64,000 nt of DNA, taken from Bdellovibrionota bacterium (GTDB taxonomy: Bacteria; Bdellovibrionota_G; JALEGL01; DATDPG01). A model generated the notes under the pieces. The model ran no database searches, was not told where the DNA came from, and saw nothing but the letters and a program-made list of their open reading frames with translations. Below are positions 32,461-42,116 of this stretch, one piece after another. Position numbers and translations under genes: made by a program. Each line of letters starts with the position of its first letter. Position 1 is the stretch's first letter. The DNA is taken from contig OY764265.1 of assembly GCA_963668355.1 (NCBI GenBank), positions 1,088,001 through 1,152,000 on the forward strand. The letters run 5' to 3'.

Positions 32461-33747
32461 TTACTCCCGCTCTTTCATTGGAATATACGCCTGTTGATTC
32501 GGTCCAGTATAAATCTGTCTTGGTCGATAGATCTTGGACCCTTGTTCCATGAGTTCCTTGTAATTGGCAATCCACCCTGGCATTCGGCCAATCGAAAAAA
32601 TGACCGTAAACATATCCAGTGGAATTCCCAAAGCCCGCATGATGATCCCGCTGTAGAAATCTACATTGGGATAAAGCTTACGCTTCACAAAATACTCATC
32701 CTGAAGAGCGACTTCTTCCAGCTCTTTTGCGAGATCCAGCAGGGGATCATCAATGTGAAGAACGTCCAAAAGTTTGTCGCATTCATTCTTTATGATTTTC
32801 GCTCTGGGGTCATAGCTTTTATACACTCTGTGACCAAAGCCCATCAGACGAACATCGCTACTTCCTGATTTGATGGTTTCGACAAACTCTTTAATACTTC
32901 GTTTTTCTCTCCGTAAGGTTTCCAACATTTCAATGACCGCCTGATTGGCTCCTCCATGAAGCGGTCCCCAAAGCGCACACACCCCTCCGGAAGCGCAGGC
33001 GAATAAGTTCGCCTGACTGGACGCAATCATTCGCACAGTCGATGTGGAACAGTTTTGTTCGTGATCCGCATGCAGGAGAAAAATGAGATCCAGCGCCCGA
33101 ACGATTTCAGGTTTCAATTCATATTCTGAATACGGTTCCGAAAACAGCATATGAAGGAAGTTCTCTACATACCAATACGATGGTTTCGGATAATTGATGG
33201 GTTTGCCCAAAGATTTTCGATACGCAAATGCGGCGATGGTCCGAACCATGGACATCAAACGTGCAGCTTGCAGGGGAAAGTGCTCCTCCACATACCCTTC
33301 TGAAATGCAACACTCAAAGCAACTGGCCGCATTGATCATGGCCGACAAAATCGCCATGGGGTGCGCATGGGGGGGAAACCCTTCAAAATGAAACTTCATG
33401 TCTTCGTGCAACATGGCCGTATCGGTCATGTCTTTTCGATATTTCTTTAACTCGGACTCGGTGGGTAATTTCCCAAAAATGATCAGATAGGCTGTTTCGA
33501 CAAAATTGGACTGCGTGGCTAATTCTTCGATAGGGATGCCTCGATAGCGAAGGATTCCCTTTTCGCCGTCGATGAACGTAATTGCGCTCTGGCAAGAGCC
33601 CGTATTTCCATACCCCCCATCCAGCGTAATGTAACCTGAGGAGGATCGAAGCTTTGAAATGTCAATCGCCTGTTCGTTCTCGCTTCCTTTGATGATGGGG
33701 AGATCAAAAGAGTCACCGTTGATATTGATTTTGGCTGATTTTCCCAC
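32461..33747 (-). CDS. gltA: Citrate synthase
   Basis: HADHEQNCST, GPLHGGAN, GFGHRVYK, PNVDFYSG. Confidence 0.98.
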   Translation of the reverse strand: MGKSAKININGDSFDLPIIKGSENEQAIDISKLRSSSGYITLDGGYGNTGSCQSAITFIDGEKGILRYRGIPIEELATQSNFVETAYLIIFGKLPTESELKKYRKDMTDTAMLHEDMKFHFEGFPPHAHPMAILSAMINAASCFECCISEGYVEEHFPLQAARLMSMVRTIAAFAYRKSLGKPINYPKPSYWYVENFLHMLFSEPYSEYELKPEIVRALDLIFLLHADHEQNCSTSTVRMIASSQANLFACASGGVCALWGPLHGGANQAVIEMLETLRREKRSIKEFVETIKSGSSDVRLMGFGHRVYKSYDPRAKIIKNECDKLLDVLHIDDPLLDLAKELEEVALQDEYFVKRKLYPNVDFYSGIIMRALGIPLDMFTVIFSIGRMPGWIANYKELMEQGSKIYRPRQIYTGPNQQAYIPMKERE

Positions 33748-33961
33748 GTTTTAATCCTTCATTTAGGGTTCTTTGTCGTTTTAAGTGAATCCCTATCCTT
33801 ATGAAGCTTGCCGCATTTGGAAAGTCTTTTTCGTGTTGTGCGTTGTGTCGTCTCAGAAAAGGGCGTTTGAAATGACCCCTCGCGGAAACCCCCGTCCAAT
33901 GAGGCTTTTACTCCTTGAGGGGAGCAGGACTGAACATGCCCAAAGAAGGTTGGCAACAGGA

Positions 33962-33990
33962 TTGACAGCCCCCAAGCCCCCCTGTATATC
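33962..33990 (+). promoter_or_regulatory. sigma70 promoter of tRNA-Asn
   Basis: TTGACA-17 nt-TATATC ending 10 nt before the tRNA. Confidence 0.7.
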
Positions 33991-34000
33991 GGTTGGCCGT

Positions 34001-34076
34001 TCCTCGGTAGCTCAGTCGGTAGAGCAGCTGGCTGTTAACCAGCGGGTCGGCGGTTCGAGTCCGTCCCGGGGAGCCA
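34001..34076 (+). tRNA. tRNA-Asn (GTT)
   Basis: Cloverleaf with acceptor TCCTCGG/CCGGGGA, anticodon arm GCTGG-CTGTTAA-CCAGC, GGTTCGAGT T-loop, encoded CCA. Confidence 0.97.
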
Positions 34077-34082
34077 AAAAAA

Positions 34083-34114
34083 GGGAAGAACCCCTCCGGT
34101 TCTTCCCTTTTTTT
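34083..34114 (+). terminator. Rho-independent terminator after tRNA-Asn
   Basis: GGGAAGAACC-CCTCC-GGTTCTTCCC followed by T7. Confidence 0.9.
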
Positions 34115-34120
34115 GTTTCT

Positions 34121-34375
34121 CGGGGCGACGAGAACCGCCGTGCAATATGCAGGTTCGAACATGCCGATCTTTTAAAAAAAGATCTTTATGATGTTTGGGC
34201 TGGACCGGGTGCCCCTTGGGCGGGCCAGACCACACTGCCCATGTCTGCGTGCGAGAGAACGCGAATCCGTCTCGGCTCCTCCAGGAATCTTCCTCGTTAC
34301 GGGTTCTAAATTCCAAGGCTCCCCTTCGGTCGCCTTTCCATCAAGATCCCGTACGCTCGGTGTCCCGGGGAGGCA
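34121..34375. repeat. tRNA-Asn 3'-half-derived repeats (att-like remnant)
   Basis: Inverted T-arm copy 34132-40; split GGTTCGA (34152) ... CGAATCCGTCTCGG (34262); GTCCCGGGGAG direct repeat at 34362-72. Confidence 0.6.
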
Positions 34376-34450
34376 GTTTAGTGATTAAGGGTTGGGGTTT
34401 AAGGTTTAATCGTTACTAACGATTAAACCCCAAGCCTAAAACCCTAGATT
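34375..34450. repeat. Inverted heptamer (GGYTTAA-like) array hairpin
   Basis: GGGTTGG GGTTTAA GGTTTAA TCGTTA c TAACGA TTAAACC CCAAGCC TAAAACC. Confidence 0.65.
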
Positions 34451-34504
34451 TCCTAGGCCTTCTTTCTTTCGGGAAACCAACAAAGCATGGAAACGATTTT
34501 CTTC

Positions 34505-36283
34505 TTAAAGAGTCTGCAAAATATCCATTGCCATAAAGAGGTAATCGTAGACATAACCATATAGCTCATTATGAAGAGGAGCCGCCTCATATGTGGGGTC
34601 TTCCCACACTCGATTCGACAAATGAACGGGTAGCCGCTTTCCATTCGCCATGAAGGTTAGACCGTCGAGAGAGTAGAGAGGAAAACTTTTGTCGCTTCCG
34701 TTAATCTTAACTCTGTCATCAAGTAGTTTCTTCAGTCCTCGGATCGCTCGCTCTCGATATTTCCGACTCGCCCTCTTATCCTTAGTATTCCAAAAACCTT
34801 TCGCTAAGAGTGCGTGTGTCAGCACCAGTGATGCTCGCATGTAAGGACTGTCCGAATGAACATTATGCGCGGACATACGCCCCTTTGGATCGCTTACGCG
34901 CTTCAGTGTCGCACGCCTTCGGTCCATGTTTTCTTGGTTCCACATCCACTGGGCAATGTGATCCGCGGCACTTAGGTAAGCTCGTTTCCCCGTTTCAAAA
35001 TACGCAAGCATCAAACCCTGTGGAACATGATCGATACGAAAGAAATCTGAACCTAAAACTTGCGAGCGACTTTCTTCAATAGAATCCTTTTCCCAGGACC
35101 AATAAAGGGGGGTGATCTCAATTTTGGGGGGGGTTCCTGGCAGGAACTTGTCCAAACGGTAACGCCACATGGGAGGCCATCCGGGGAAATCCCTTTTTTT
35201 CTCACGGCTCTTAACCTTAGGAGGGGGCGTGGAGCCTGTAGGTTTCGCTGTGTCGAAAGGATCCACATTCATGATCTCAAGCCATAAATCGGCCATGCGA
35301 ATCCCAAGGTCCCGATACTTTTTATGTTCAACCGAGTCTGCTGGGAATGTGCTTGCTAATCGGAAGTAGGCGTACACAGCCCCTTCAGCGTCATGCGCCC
35401 AAAAGTAATGATGTGCCTTCTCGCTTTCATGGCTATATAGAGGCCGCTGCCCAGGATCAGTACGCACTAAGAAACTAAAATCTCTTTTGGAGTCACCCAT
35501 CTCTCGATACTTCCAAAACGGCGAAGCTAAATCTTCTGCGACCTTTCTGAAAGTTGATTCGTTTGTTATCTCGTAGAGTGTTACGAATACTTCCACCAAG
35601 AAATCTAGATCGCCCCAACCAGCGCGTGCAATCCACGGGGCGTAAACGACACCAAAACGATCCGCTATAAACCACGGAATGCCCTTCAACTCGAAGCCTG
35701 GAATTGGCTTTGCTTTTTTCTTACCTTTGGCTCCCGTTGCTTGCCATGGGCTCACTTTTCCATCTCTGAGATCCTCCCAAGTGACAAGTTGGCCACCCAT
35801 GGTCCACATTCGATTGACCCCATAGGCATATTCTTTAGGCGTCAGAAAAGCGTTCATAAAGAAGCGTGCAACATCTTTTGCCGTCTCAACAAAATCTTCC
35901 CTGTCTTCTTCTGAGACATAGTTGGAGGCGCGCGCCAACGAAGAAATGAATCCGCTGTGCCATGCTTTCACGGGCCTCCTTGGCGAAGATACCAGCTTGA
36001 TCCCTGAATCTGGGTGAATCCAAAACTCGTCCCTCACATGCTTAGGAGTAAATTGGCTGTCAATTCCTCCACCGCGCATGGCTCTGGTTGAGTTCCCGAA
36101 CAAAATCTGTCCATTTTCCTCTACAAAGGTGGAGGCGTATTGGAGATCGACCTCAGCCGTTTTTACCAATCTTTCTTTGAGGTTAGCCAAATCAGCGGGG
36201 CTCGCTCCTGCTAGGCCCTGAACACACCCCACAGCCGAAACCAGTGTCATAGTAATTAGGGAAACTACTGCTCGTAATTGCAT
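34505..36283 (-). CDS. Putative lipoprotein with (alpha/alpha)-toroid, six-hairpin-glycosidase-like repeats
   Basis: Lipobox-like SAVGC and GGAGG RBS. Repeated helix pairs LYEITNESTFRKVAEDLA, LAYFETGKRAYLSAADHIAQWM, KYRDLGIRMADLWL. Confidence 0.6.
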   Translation of the reverse strand: MQLRAVVSLITMTLVSAVGCVQGLAGASPADLANLKERLVKTAEVDLQYASTFVEENGQILFGNSTRAMRGGGIDSQFTPKHVRDEFWIHPDSGIKLVSSPRRPVKAWHSGFISSLARASNYVSEEDREDFVETAKDVARFFMNAFLTPKEYAYGVNRMWTMGGQLVTWEDLRDGKVSPWQATGAKGKKKAKPIPGFELKGIPWFIADRFGVVYAPWIARAGWGDLDFLVEVFVTLYEITNESTFRKVAEDLASPFWKYREMGDSKRDFSFLVRTDPGQRPLYSHESEKAHHYFWAHDAEGAVYAYFRLASTFPADSVEHKKYRDLGIRMADLWLEIMNVDPFDTAKPTGSTPPPKVKSREKKRDFPGWPPMWRYRLDKFLPGTPPKIEITPLYWSWEKDSIEESRSQVLGSDFFRIDHVPQGLMLAYFETGKRAYLSAADHIAQWMWNQENMDRRRATLKRVSDPKGRMSAHNVHSDSPYMRASLVLTHALLAKGFWNTKDKRASRKYRERAIRGLKKLLDDRVKINGSDKSFPLYSLDGLTFMANGKRLPVHLSNRVWEDPTYEAAPLHNELYGYVYDYLFMAMDILQTL

Positions 36284-36369
36284 GACGGAACCTCCAAAGG
36301 TGCTTTTCCTCTGCTTCTACCACTCCCCGTTCCCTAACGGAACCGCGTCTCTTGAATGGCCCCATCGGC

Positions 36370-36409
36370 GGTTTAAGGACTACGGCTTAAGGCTTAATCC
36401 TTGCGGATT
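36370..36409. repeat. Heptamer (GGYTTAA) array plus short hairpin
   Basis: GGTTTAA GGACTAC GGCTTAA GGCTTAA TCC-TTGC-GGATT. Confidence 0.55.
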
Positions 36410-36455
36410 TTTTAAATGCGTTTTTTTGATTGTTTGTCTCTGAGGCTTGGTCGGT

Positions 36456-37193
36456 TCATGGTTTTTTTGACACGGCCATGAGTTCGTACTCGTCAAGCTC
36501 CAAGGGACCCCGCCTCCAGTTTCCAGCTGTACCTCCCCAGATATGTTCGACGGAGAAGCCCGCTGATCGCAGCAGGAGTGTAAATTCCGTAGGTGTGTAC
36601 ATACGTTCGCGACATGGAACTGTGATCGGGCCCTTAGATGTTTCGAACGTAATCGTGTTGAGCGTCGTTTGTGACATCACATCAAAACTCTCAGCCTCCT
36701 TTTCACGTCCCACGCCACGGGCCACGCGGAACACATTCAACGCATTTAGAATGAGCTGTCCGCCGGGTTTTAATGCGGCATGAATGTTTCGCAAGACGGT
36801 TAGGTCTCGCTCAATGGGATCGTCTCCTTGACCCAACAGCCCCATTGCGCCCTCACACAACCCAATCGCCGCATCAAAAACCGGTTTGGATTCAAAGGCT
36901 GTGGCGTCACATTGAATGAATTCGACATTCGTCTTGGCTTCGGCCGCGCGCGTACGTGCCTTTTCAAGCATCTCCTCACTTAAATCAACTCCGGTCACTG
37001 AGAAACCGTGTTGAGCCAGACCCACGCTGTGGCGACCCGTCCCACATCCCACGTCGAGTATCCGTGCACCCTTGGAAAGTTGAAGCTGCTCTACCAAAAA
37101 CTCAATTTCTTTTTCGGTGCCTTGCGTGAACGGCTCTTTGTCGTATTGATCCGCTTCATACTTAAAAAATTTTTTCCATTCCATAGCTTCCAT
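36456..37193 (-). CDS. Class I SAM-dependent methyltransferase
   Basis: ILDVGCGTGRH, VTGVDLSEEML, ALKPGG. Confidence 0.92.
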   Translation of the reverse strand: MEAMEWKKFFKYEADQYDKEPFTQGTEKEIEFLVEQLQLSKGARILDVGCGTGRHSVGLAQHGFSVTGVDLSEEMLEKARTRAAEAKTNVEFIQCDATAFESKPVFDAAIGLCEGAMGLLGQGDDPIERDLTVLRNIHAALKPGGQLILNALNVFRVARGVGREKEAESFDVMSQTTLNTITFETSKGPITVPCRERMYTPTEFTLLLRSAGFSVEHIWGGTAGNWRRGPLELDEYELMAVSKKP

Positions 37194-37517
37194 CTTTCTG
37201 CAAAGGGTTCAATTGCGTATCCTCTCTACAATATTTTCTACAAAACTTGCGGATTATGTTGCAAACCAAGCGTTTTGCAGCTCCTTGATCAGTATGTGCC
37301 TGCATTTATTTGTTTTTTTCTCCTGCAACCAAACGGCCGAAATCTTGTAGAACTTGTCGTAAAACGAGAAAGCATGAACAAATACAGATATTTATCTCTA
37401 CAACTGATTGGTAGCTTTCCTCGAAGCTTCCGTGCCGGGGGAATCCTTTTGATCCCCGTTTCTTAGAGGCGTATAACTCCGCTTTCGTTTGCCGGTGTAG
37501 GCGGGAGGAAATGTAGG

Positions 37518-37904
37518 ATGACATCAAAACTCTTTTATTTGGCCCTTGCGGGAGGCGCTGGAACCATTGCTCGGTATGTATTGGGTGAGTTTGTGTCGCG
37601 ATTTTCTTCGGGGTCTTTTCCGTGGGCCACTTTGGTTATCAATGCCTTGGGATGTTTGGTTTTTGGCTTCGTTTGGTCTTTGGGCGAACAGAATGCCTGG
37701 CTCAGTCCGCAACAACGTCTCATCATTCTCGTCGGTTTTCTTGGAGCTTTTACAACGTTTTCCACCTTTGCCTTTGAAACGGCTTTATTGGCGAAAGATT
37801 TTCAATGGACGTTTGTTTTTGGAAACCTCTTGTTTCAAAATGTGTCCGGATTGGCTTTTGCGTTTCTGGGAATTTTGATGGCTCGTTCGGTTCAGGCTTT
37901 TTAA
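37518..37904 (+). CDS. crcB: Fluoride channel Fluc/CrcB
   Basis: GGAGTIARY, FPWATLVIN, GFLGAFTTFSTF. Confidence 0.93.
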   Translation: MTSKLFYLALAGGAGTIARYVLGEFVSRFSSGSFPWATLVINALGCLVFGFVWSLGEQNAWLSPQQRLIILVGFLGAFTTFSTFAFETALLAKDFQWTFVFGNLLFQNVSGLAFAFLGILMARSVQAF

Positions 37905-37916
37905 GGCCCAACTTCA

Positions 37917-38750
37917 TCAAAGGGCTTTGTACCAAACATTCATGCTCTCAATTCTTCCGCTGATCTGAGTATTGTTAGTCAGCGTTCCCCCAAAGAAATA
38001 TCCCGATCGAGAAAAGGTGATGTTCATTCCTGGAGATAATGCTCGCGCAATCGTATAGGCGGTACGAAATCCTTTTTTCCGCATCGCATCTTCCATGGTC
38101 GTGAGCAAAGAAAGCGCCCACCCCTTGCCTCTTTGTTTGGGGTGTGTGGCAAAATCGGTCATTTCAACGTTTTGGTTTTTTGAATCTTGTTCGGCCGATG
38201 CAAGCGCCCATAAGTCTCCCTGATTTTCCACGGCGAAATAGCGAACATGGGATGCCATGGTTTCTTTGAGATACTTCGGATCATCGATGGGAAAGGGGTA
38301 CGTGGGAAACACGGCTTGGTACAACTGCGCCATAGCTTCTACGTGTTCAGACGAACATTCAATCACTTGAGTGGAACCCGCATGTTTTTCCACACGGGGA
38401 ACGGACTTCGCTTTTTCCTTGGCCAGAGAAAGATTTTTTTCAATTTCATTCGGAAATTGTTCACGTTGTCTCTCTGAATCAAAGTACTTGGCCAAAAAGA
38501 AGGCGTCTTCTTTCCCGCAAAAAAAGTTTTTTACGCAAGCTTCTTTAGAATAACCGGAGGAAAGAAACCCATCGAGCACCGAGAGAGACACTTTGGCGAA
38601 AATTTTTCCGTAGCGTTTCTCCCTGGCCAATTCATCCAAACGAGAAACGATTCTCGGAAAATCTCGCTCGTCTAAATGCATGAGATAAATGCGATCGCTG
38701 AACGATCCATGTTGAATCCGACTATGTCCAAGAGTTTCTTGTATGTCCAT
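37917..38750 (-). CDS. ablB: Putative beta-lysine N-acetyltransferase (AblB/YodP)
   Basis: IQHG..SDRIYL, YGKIFAKV, FPTYPFPI.DP.YL, EMTDFAT, TIARA.SPGMN, NNTQISG.IESMNVWYK. Confidence 0.85.
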   Translation of the reverse strand: MDIQETLGHSRIQHGSFSDRIYLMHLDERDFPRIVSRLDELAREKRYGKIFAKVSLSVLDGFLSSGYSKEACVKNFFCGKEDAFFLAKYFDSERQREQFPNEIEKNLSLAKEKAKSVPRVEKHAGSTQVIECSSEHVEAMAQLYQAVFPTYPFPIDDPKYLKETMASHVRYFAVENQGDLWALASAEQDSKNQNVEMTDFATHPKQRGKGWALSLLTTMEDAMRKKGFRTAYTIARALSPGMNITFSRSGYFFGGTLTNNTQISGRIESMNVWYKAL

Positions 38751-40198
38751 TATGTGCCGGATTGTTCGCGCTTATCTCGATCCGGAAAGATCAGAGAAAA
38801 ACTGACAAACATCAAAAGAGATAAAGAAATTCCATAAAGACTTGGATCCAATTTTAATTCAGCCAACATGGCTGGCAAGGTCAAAAGCTTGGTCAATAAA
38901 AGCAGGGTAAGACCTCCTCCGGCCAACATGCCGACAAAGGCCCCCATGGAACTGGATCGTTTCCAAAAATATGCACCCAGCGTTGGAATGAACAATCCGG
39001 AAACCATAAATGAGTATGCGTATAAAATGGCATCCAAGACCAACGTAAAATGACTCGCCATGATGATGGCCAGAGCCCCAATCACCATGGTGACAAACAT
39101 GGAAAGGCGTAATGCGCCCTTAGCGGAAATGTCTTTCCAAACATAACGTTGAATGACATCTTTCACGAGGTTCCCAGACGAAGCCATTAAACAGCTGTCC
39201 GCCGTAGACATGATGGCTGAGAAGTAGGCCGCAATAACAATTCCCGTAACTCCGACCGGCAACATATCTCGAATGAGCATCGGAAGGGCCATTTCGGACT
39301 CGGCTTCCGGAAACACCACTCTGGCACACATTCCCAGAAAAACACCGGTAAACGCCATGATCGGATATTCAAAAATGCCTGCGATGTACCAAGCTTTTTT
39401 GGCTTCGGCTTCATTTCGACATGCATACATTCGTTGATACAAAGTCATTCCGATCAGCCAGATGGGAATGATCGTAACCATCCAGTTAATGAACGTGATT
39501 GCGTCGATGTTGGTTAAGGAGAAAAATTCAGGAGATAGCTCACTTCGCAAGGTAGACCATCCGCCGATTTCAACAATCGTGACGGGAATCATGATGAAAA
39601 TGAGGCCCGAGAGCAAAATGATCCACTGAACGGTGTCCGTATATATGACGGCCTTCAACCCCCCGAACACGGTGTAGAGAATCGTGATGGCCGCAATCAC
39701 ATAGATCGCAAAACGAAGGGGATCCATTCCAAAGGGAGCTTGAGTGATGAGTGTGCCCGCCACCAATTTGGCTCCAGCTAAAATTTGTCCTCCTGTGAAG
39801 CCTAAGTAACCAACACCAGAAATGATGGCTGCCAAAAAAGCTACACGATCATTAAACCGTGTCCGCAAAAAATCTGGATAGGTGAACATCTTATGATGCG
39901 CATCCATTTTCTTGATTTTGGGAATGATAAAAACCGCCGACATCCAAGCACCCACCAGTCCGGTGAACAACAACCAAGAACCCGAGAGCCCCATCGCGAA
40001 TCCGACCCCCCCAAGACCAATGGAAAAGCCTCCTCCGACATCTGTAGCAACAATGGAAAGACCGACATGGTGAGATTTGATGGATCGCCCCCCAACATAA
40101 TAATCTTCGGTTCCTTTGTTTCGCTTGAAGTGGAAAAAACCAATGCCTAAAACGCCGGCCATATACGCGGCGAAAATCAAATAATCGATGAAATTCAT
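38750..40198 (-). CDS. Sodium:solute symporter (SSS/PutP-like)
   Basis: [29 protein letters not shown]; many TM segments. Confidence 0.92.
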   Translation of the reverse strand: MNFIDYLIFAAYMAGVLGIGFFHFKRNKGTEDYYVGGRSIKSHHVGLSIVATDVGGGFSIGLGGVGFAMGLSGSWLLFTGLVGAWMSAVFIIPKIKKMDAHHKMFTYPDFLRTRFNDRVAFLAAIISGVGYLGFTGGQILAGAKLVAGTLITQAPFGMDPLRFAIYVIAAITILYTVFGGLKAVIYTDTVQWIILLSGLIFIMIPVTIVEIGGWSTLRSELSPEFFSLTNIDAITFINWMVTIIPIWLIGMTLYQRMYACRNEAEAKKAWYIAGIFEYPIMAFTGVFLGMCARVVFPEAESEMALPMLIRDMLPVGVTGIVIAAYFSAIMSTADSCLMASSGNLVKDVIQRYVWKDISAKGALRLSMFVTMVIGALAIIMASHFTLVLDAILYAYSFMVSGLFIPTLGAYFWKRSSSMGAFVGMLAGGGLTLLLLTKLLTLPAMLAELKLDPSLYGISLSLLMFVSFSLIFPDRDKREQSGT

Positions 40199-40564
40199 GA
40201 GCCTTCTCTTCTTTTGTGCTGCTTGTTTTGGATGGGCGTCGTGATGATTTGAATGTCTTGTTTAAAGAGCAAGCCGCTCAAGACCCCCTTATTTCCCCAC
40301 CGCCATGGGTTCGTGAAGTTTTAGTCCGTTCACACGATTCATAGAACCGCCAACGCCATGAGCCCCAAAGAAAACCATGAATCCGAAATCAGAAAGAAAG
40401 ATTCCCTACGGAAGGAGTCCCTCGACAGAAAGACGGCGATCAATGATCGCTAAACTTGTTTTGAAATGTGGGTAAAGCTTATCAAATTCTCATGATATTC
40501 CAAGCCTAAACCACCGAAAAGTGGCTCTGCTTGCGGAGATGTTCCGGATCGATGAATCCGAAGC

Positions 40565-40822
40565 TCATTGCGGTTTGATGATTTTTCCTTCGCTATCTTT
40601 AAACGATCCAACCGCAATCATGATGACATCGATGAGTGCCCAAATGCCGAAACCCCCAAAAGTGATCAACATCAAGATGCCTGTGCCAATTTTTCCCACA
40701 TAAAAACGGTGAACGCCAAGTCCTCCCAAAATGAGGGCCAAGACAAGTGTTGGAACAAAACCTTTTTCACTAATGTCGGGGGGGGTAACTGAGACGGGTG
40801 CAGGATTCGGGCTGGTTTCCAT
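40565..40822 (-). CDS. TM2-domain membrane protein
   Basis: LGGLGVHRFYVGKIGTGILMLITFGG.GIW.LID...FKDSEG. Confidence 0.9.
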   Translation of the reverse strand: METSPNPAPVSVTPPDISEKGFVPTLVLALILGGLGVHRFYVGKIGTGILMLITFGGFGIWALIDVIMIAVGSFKDSEGKIIKPQ

Positions 40823-40866
40823 GAAGACTCCTTAAATCATCAATGAATGGATGACGTAAGTTTATC

Positions 40867-41190
40867 TTATAATTTCTGACCTGGGTAGATGATCCGTCTT
40901 CCTTCTCCATCCACTTCACTGCCCGTCAACAAGCGAAAGGTCATGATCACACTATGCAGGTAATCCACAGCCAAAACCGCCAGGCCTTCCAAGATTCTTC
41001 CCGTAACCAAGAGGGATCCTGCAGCTATGGACATTCCCAAATCGAAACAGCCGTACCCATGTCGACCCATATAAAAAAAGTGTAGACCTAAGATTCCCGT
41101 GAGCGAACACAACACCACGGAAAGAACGTAGCTCTTTGGAGAAACAAGATGTCTACGATCAAGGGGGACATTTCGTAAAGCATCGCTCAT
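40867..41190 (-). CDS. TM2-domain membrane protein (second, divergent)
   Basis: SPKSY...GILGLHFFYMGR...D.EGR. Confidence 0.75.
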   Translation of the reverse strand: MSDALRNVPLDRRHLVSPKSYVLSVVLCSLTGILGLHFFYMGRHGYGCFDLGMSIAAGSLLVTGRILEGLAVLAVDYLHSVIMTFRLLTGSEVDGEGRRIIYPGQKL

Positions 41191-41222
41191 GTCTACATGC
41201 TACCGAATGGCCTTTTTTTTGT

Positions 41223-42116
41223 TTATAAAATTACCAACACGCTTCCCGAAAGCGCGAGAAGAATGGCCACCATTTTTCGAGGCGTGATCTTTTCCCGGAG
41301 AAACAACATGGCAAATAGAGTCAGAAAGATCACGCTCGTTTGGTTGAGAAGTCCGACGACGCTGGCGTCGGCGAATTTGAACCCCGCAATCCAAAGCATC
41401 AAGACCAAGTAAGACGCCAAGAGACTTGCAGGAATCGCCACCTTCCATGCAGATTGGGGTCTAAATCCTTCAAAGAAGGACTTCCGTTCGGGGTGAAAAA
41501 CGGCGTACAGCAATAATCCCAAGACCCCTCCCACCATGCGCATGGTCGTGACCCAAACCAGGGGATGTCGTTCAATCAAGGGTTTTACCAAGACAATGGC
41601 CGAGGACACCGTGAGCATGGCCAACACGCCCAAAACCAATCCCTTGATCCGATCTTTTTGAGGAATCTCGGAAACTTTTTGATGCCCCAAACTGGGTAGG
41701 AGGACACTGGCGATGATTAAAATGGCCCCAAAAAGATCTCCCCAACTCAATCGCTCCGCCAGAAAAAAGAACGCGATCAGAATCACGAAGGGACTATATA
41801 GACATTCAATGAGGGCGATGTTGCTGGCACCCAAGCGATTTAAGGAAGCGAAAAACAGGGTGTCAGAGAGAGAAATCCCAATCACGCCGCTTAAAATGAG
41901 CCAAAGATAATCCTCCCAGGGCGCATCATAAATCAGAACCTCATTTAAAAAGGGAAAGGTGAGAAGGAGGCACGTCAACCCCAATGTATTCTTGAATAGA
42001 TTGAGCCCGAGAGGGCGAATCTTGAGCCCGCTCAGTTTAAACAAAATGACAGCCAGGGCCCAAAGCACAGCCGTACCCAAGGCACATATTTCTCCGATAT
42101 GAGGAATCAAGCTCAC
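41223..42116 (-). CDS. EamA/DMT family transporter
   Basis: GE..AL.TA..WA, duplicated 5-TM repeat, FLAERL / FLREKI. Confidence 0.9.
   Translation of the reverse strand: MSLIPHIGEICALGTAVLWALAVILFKLSGLKIRPLGLNLFKNTLGLTCLLLTFPFLNEVLIYDAPWEDYLWLILSGVIGISLSDTLFFASLNRLGASNIALIECLYSPFVILIAFFFLAERLSWGDLFGAILIIASVLLPSLGHQKVSEIPQKDRIKGLVLGVLAMLTVSSAIVLVKPLIERHPLVWVTTMRMVGGVLGLLLYAVFHPERKSFFEGFRPQSAWKVAIPASLLASYLVLMLWIAGFKFADASVVGLLNQTSVIFLTLFAMLFLREKITPRKMVAILLALSGSVLVIL

Noticed and set aside
33785..34419. ORFs overlapping tRNA-Asn and its downstream repeats
   Set aside because: They are translations of the tRNA and terminator (SSVAQSVEQ... is a typical artefact).
36350..36420. c-di-GMP-I riboswitch on the - strand upstream of the 592-aa gene
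   Set aside because: A GCAA-capped hairpin is present, but the GGCAAA and GACGCAAA core motifs are missing; the heptamer array explains the region better.
37430..37517. Fluoride riboswitch upstream of crcB
   Set aside because: No GGnGAUGGnGUUCnCC...GCUrAUGrCnyCU pattern is seen.
40199..40564. Lysine or c-di-AMP riboswitch, or an ablA remnant, upstream of the symporter
   Set aside because: No recognisable consensus or radical-SAM fragment could be read.
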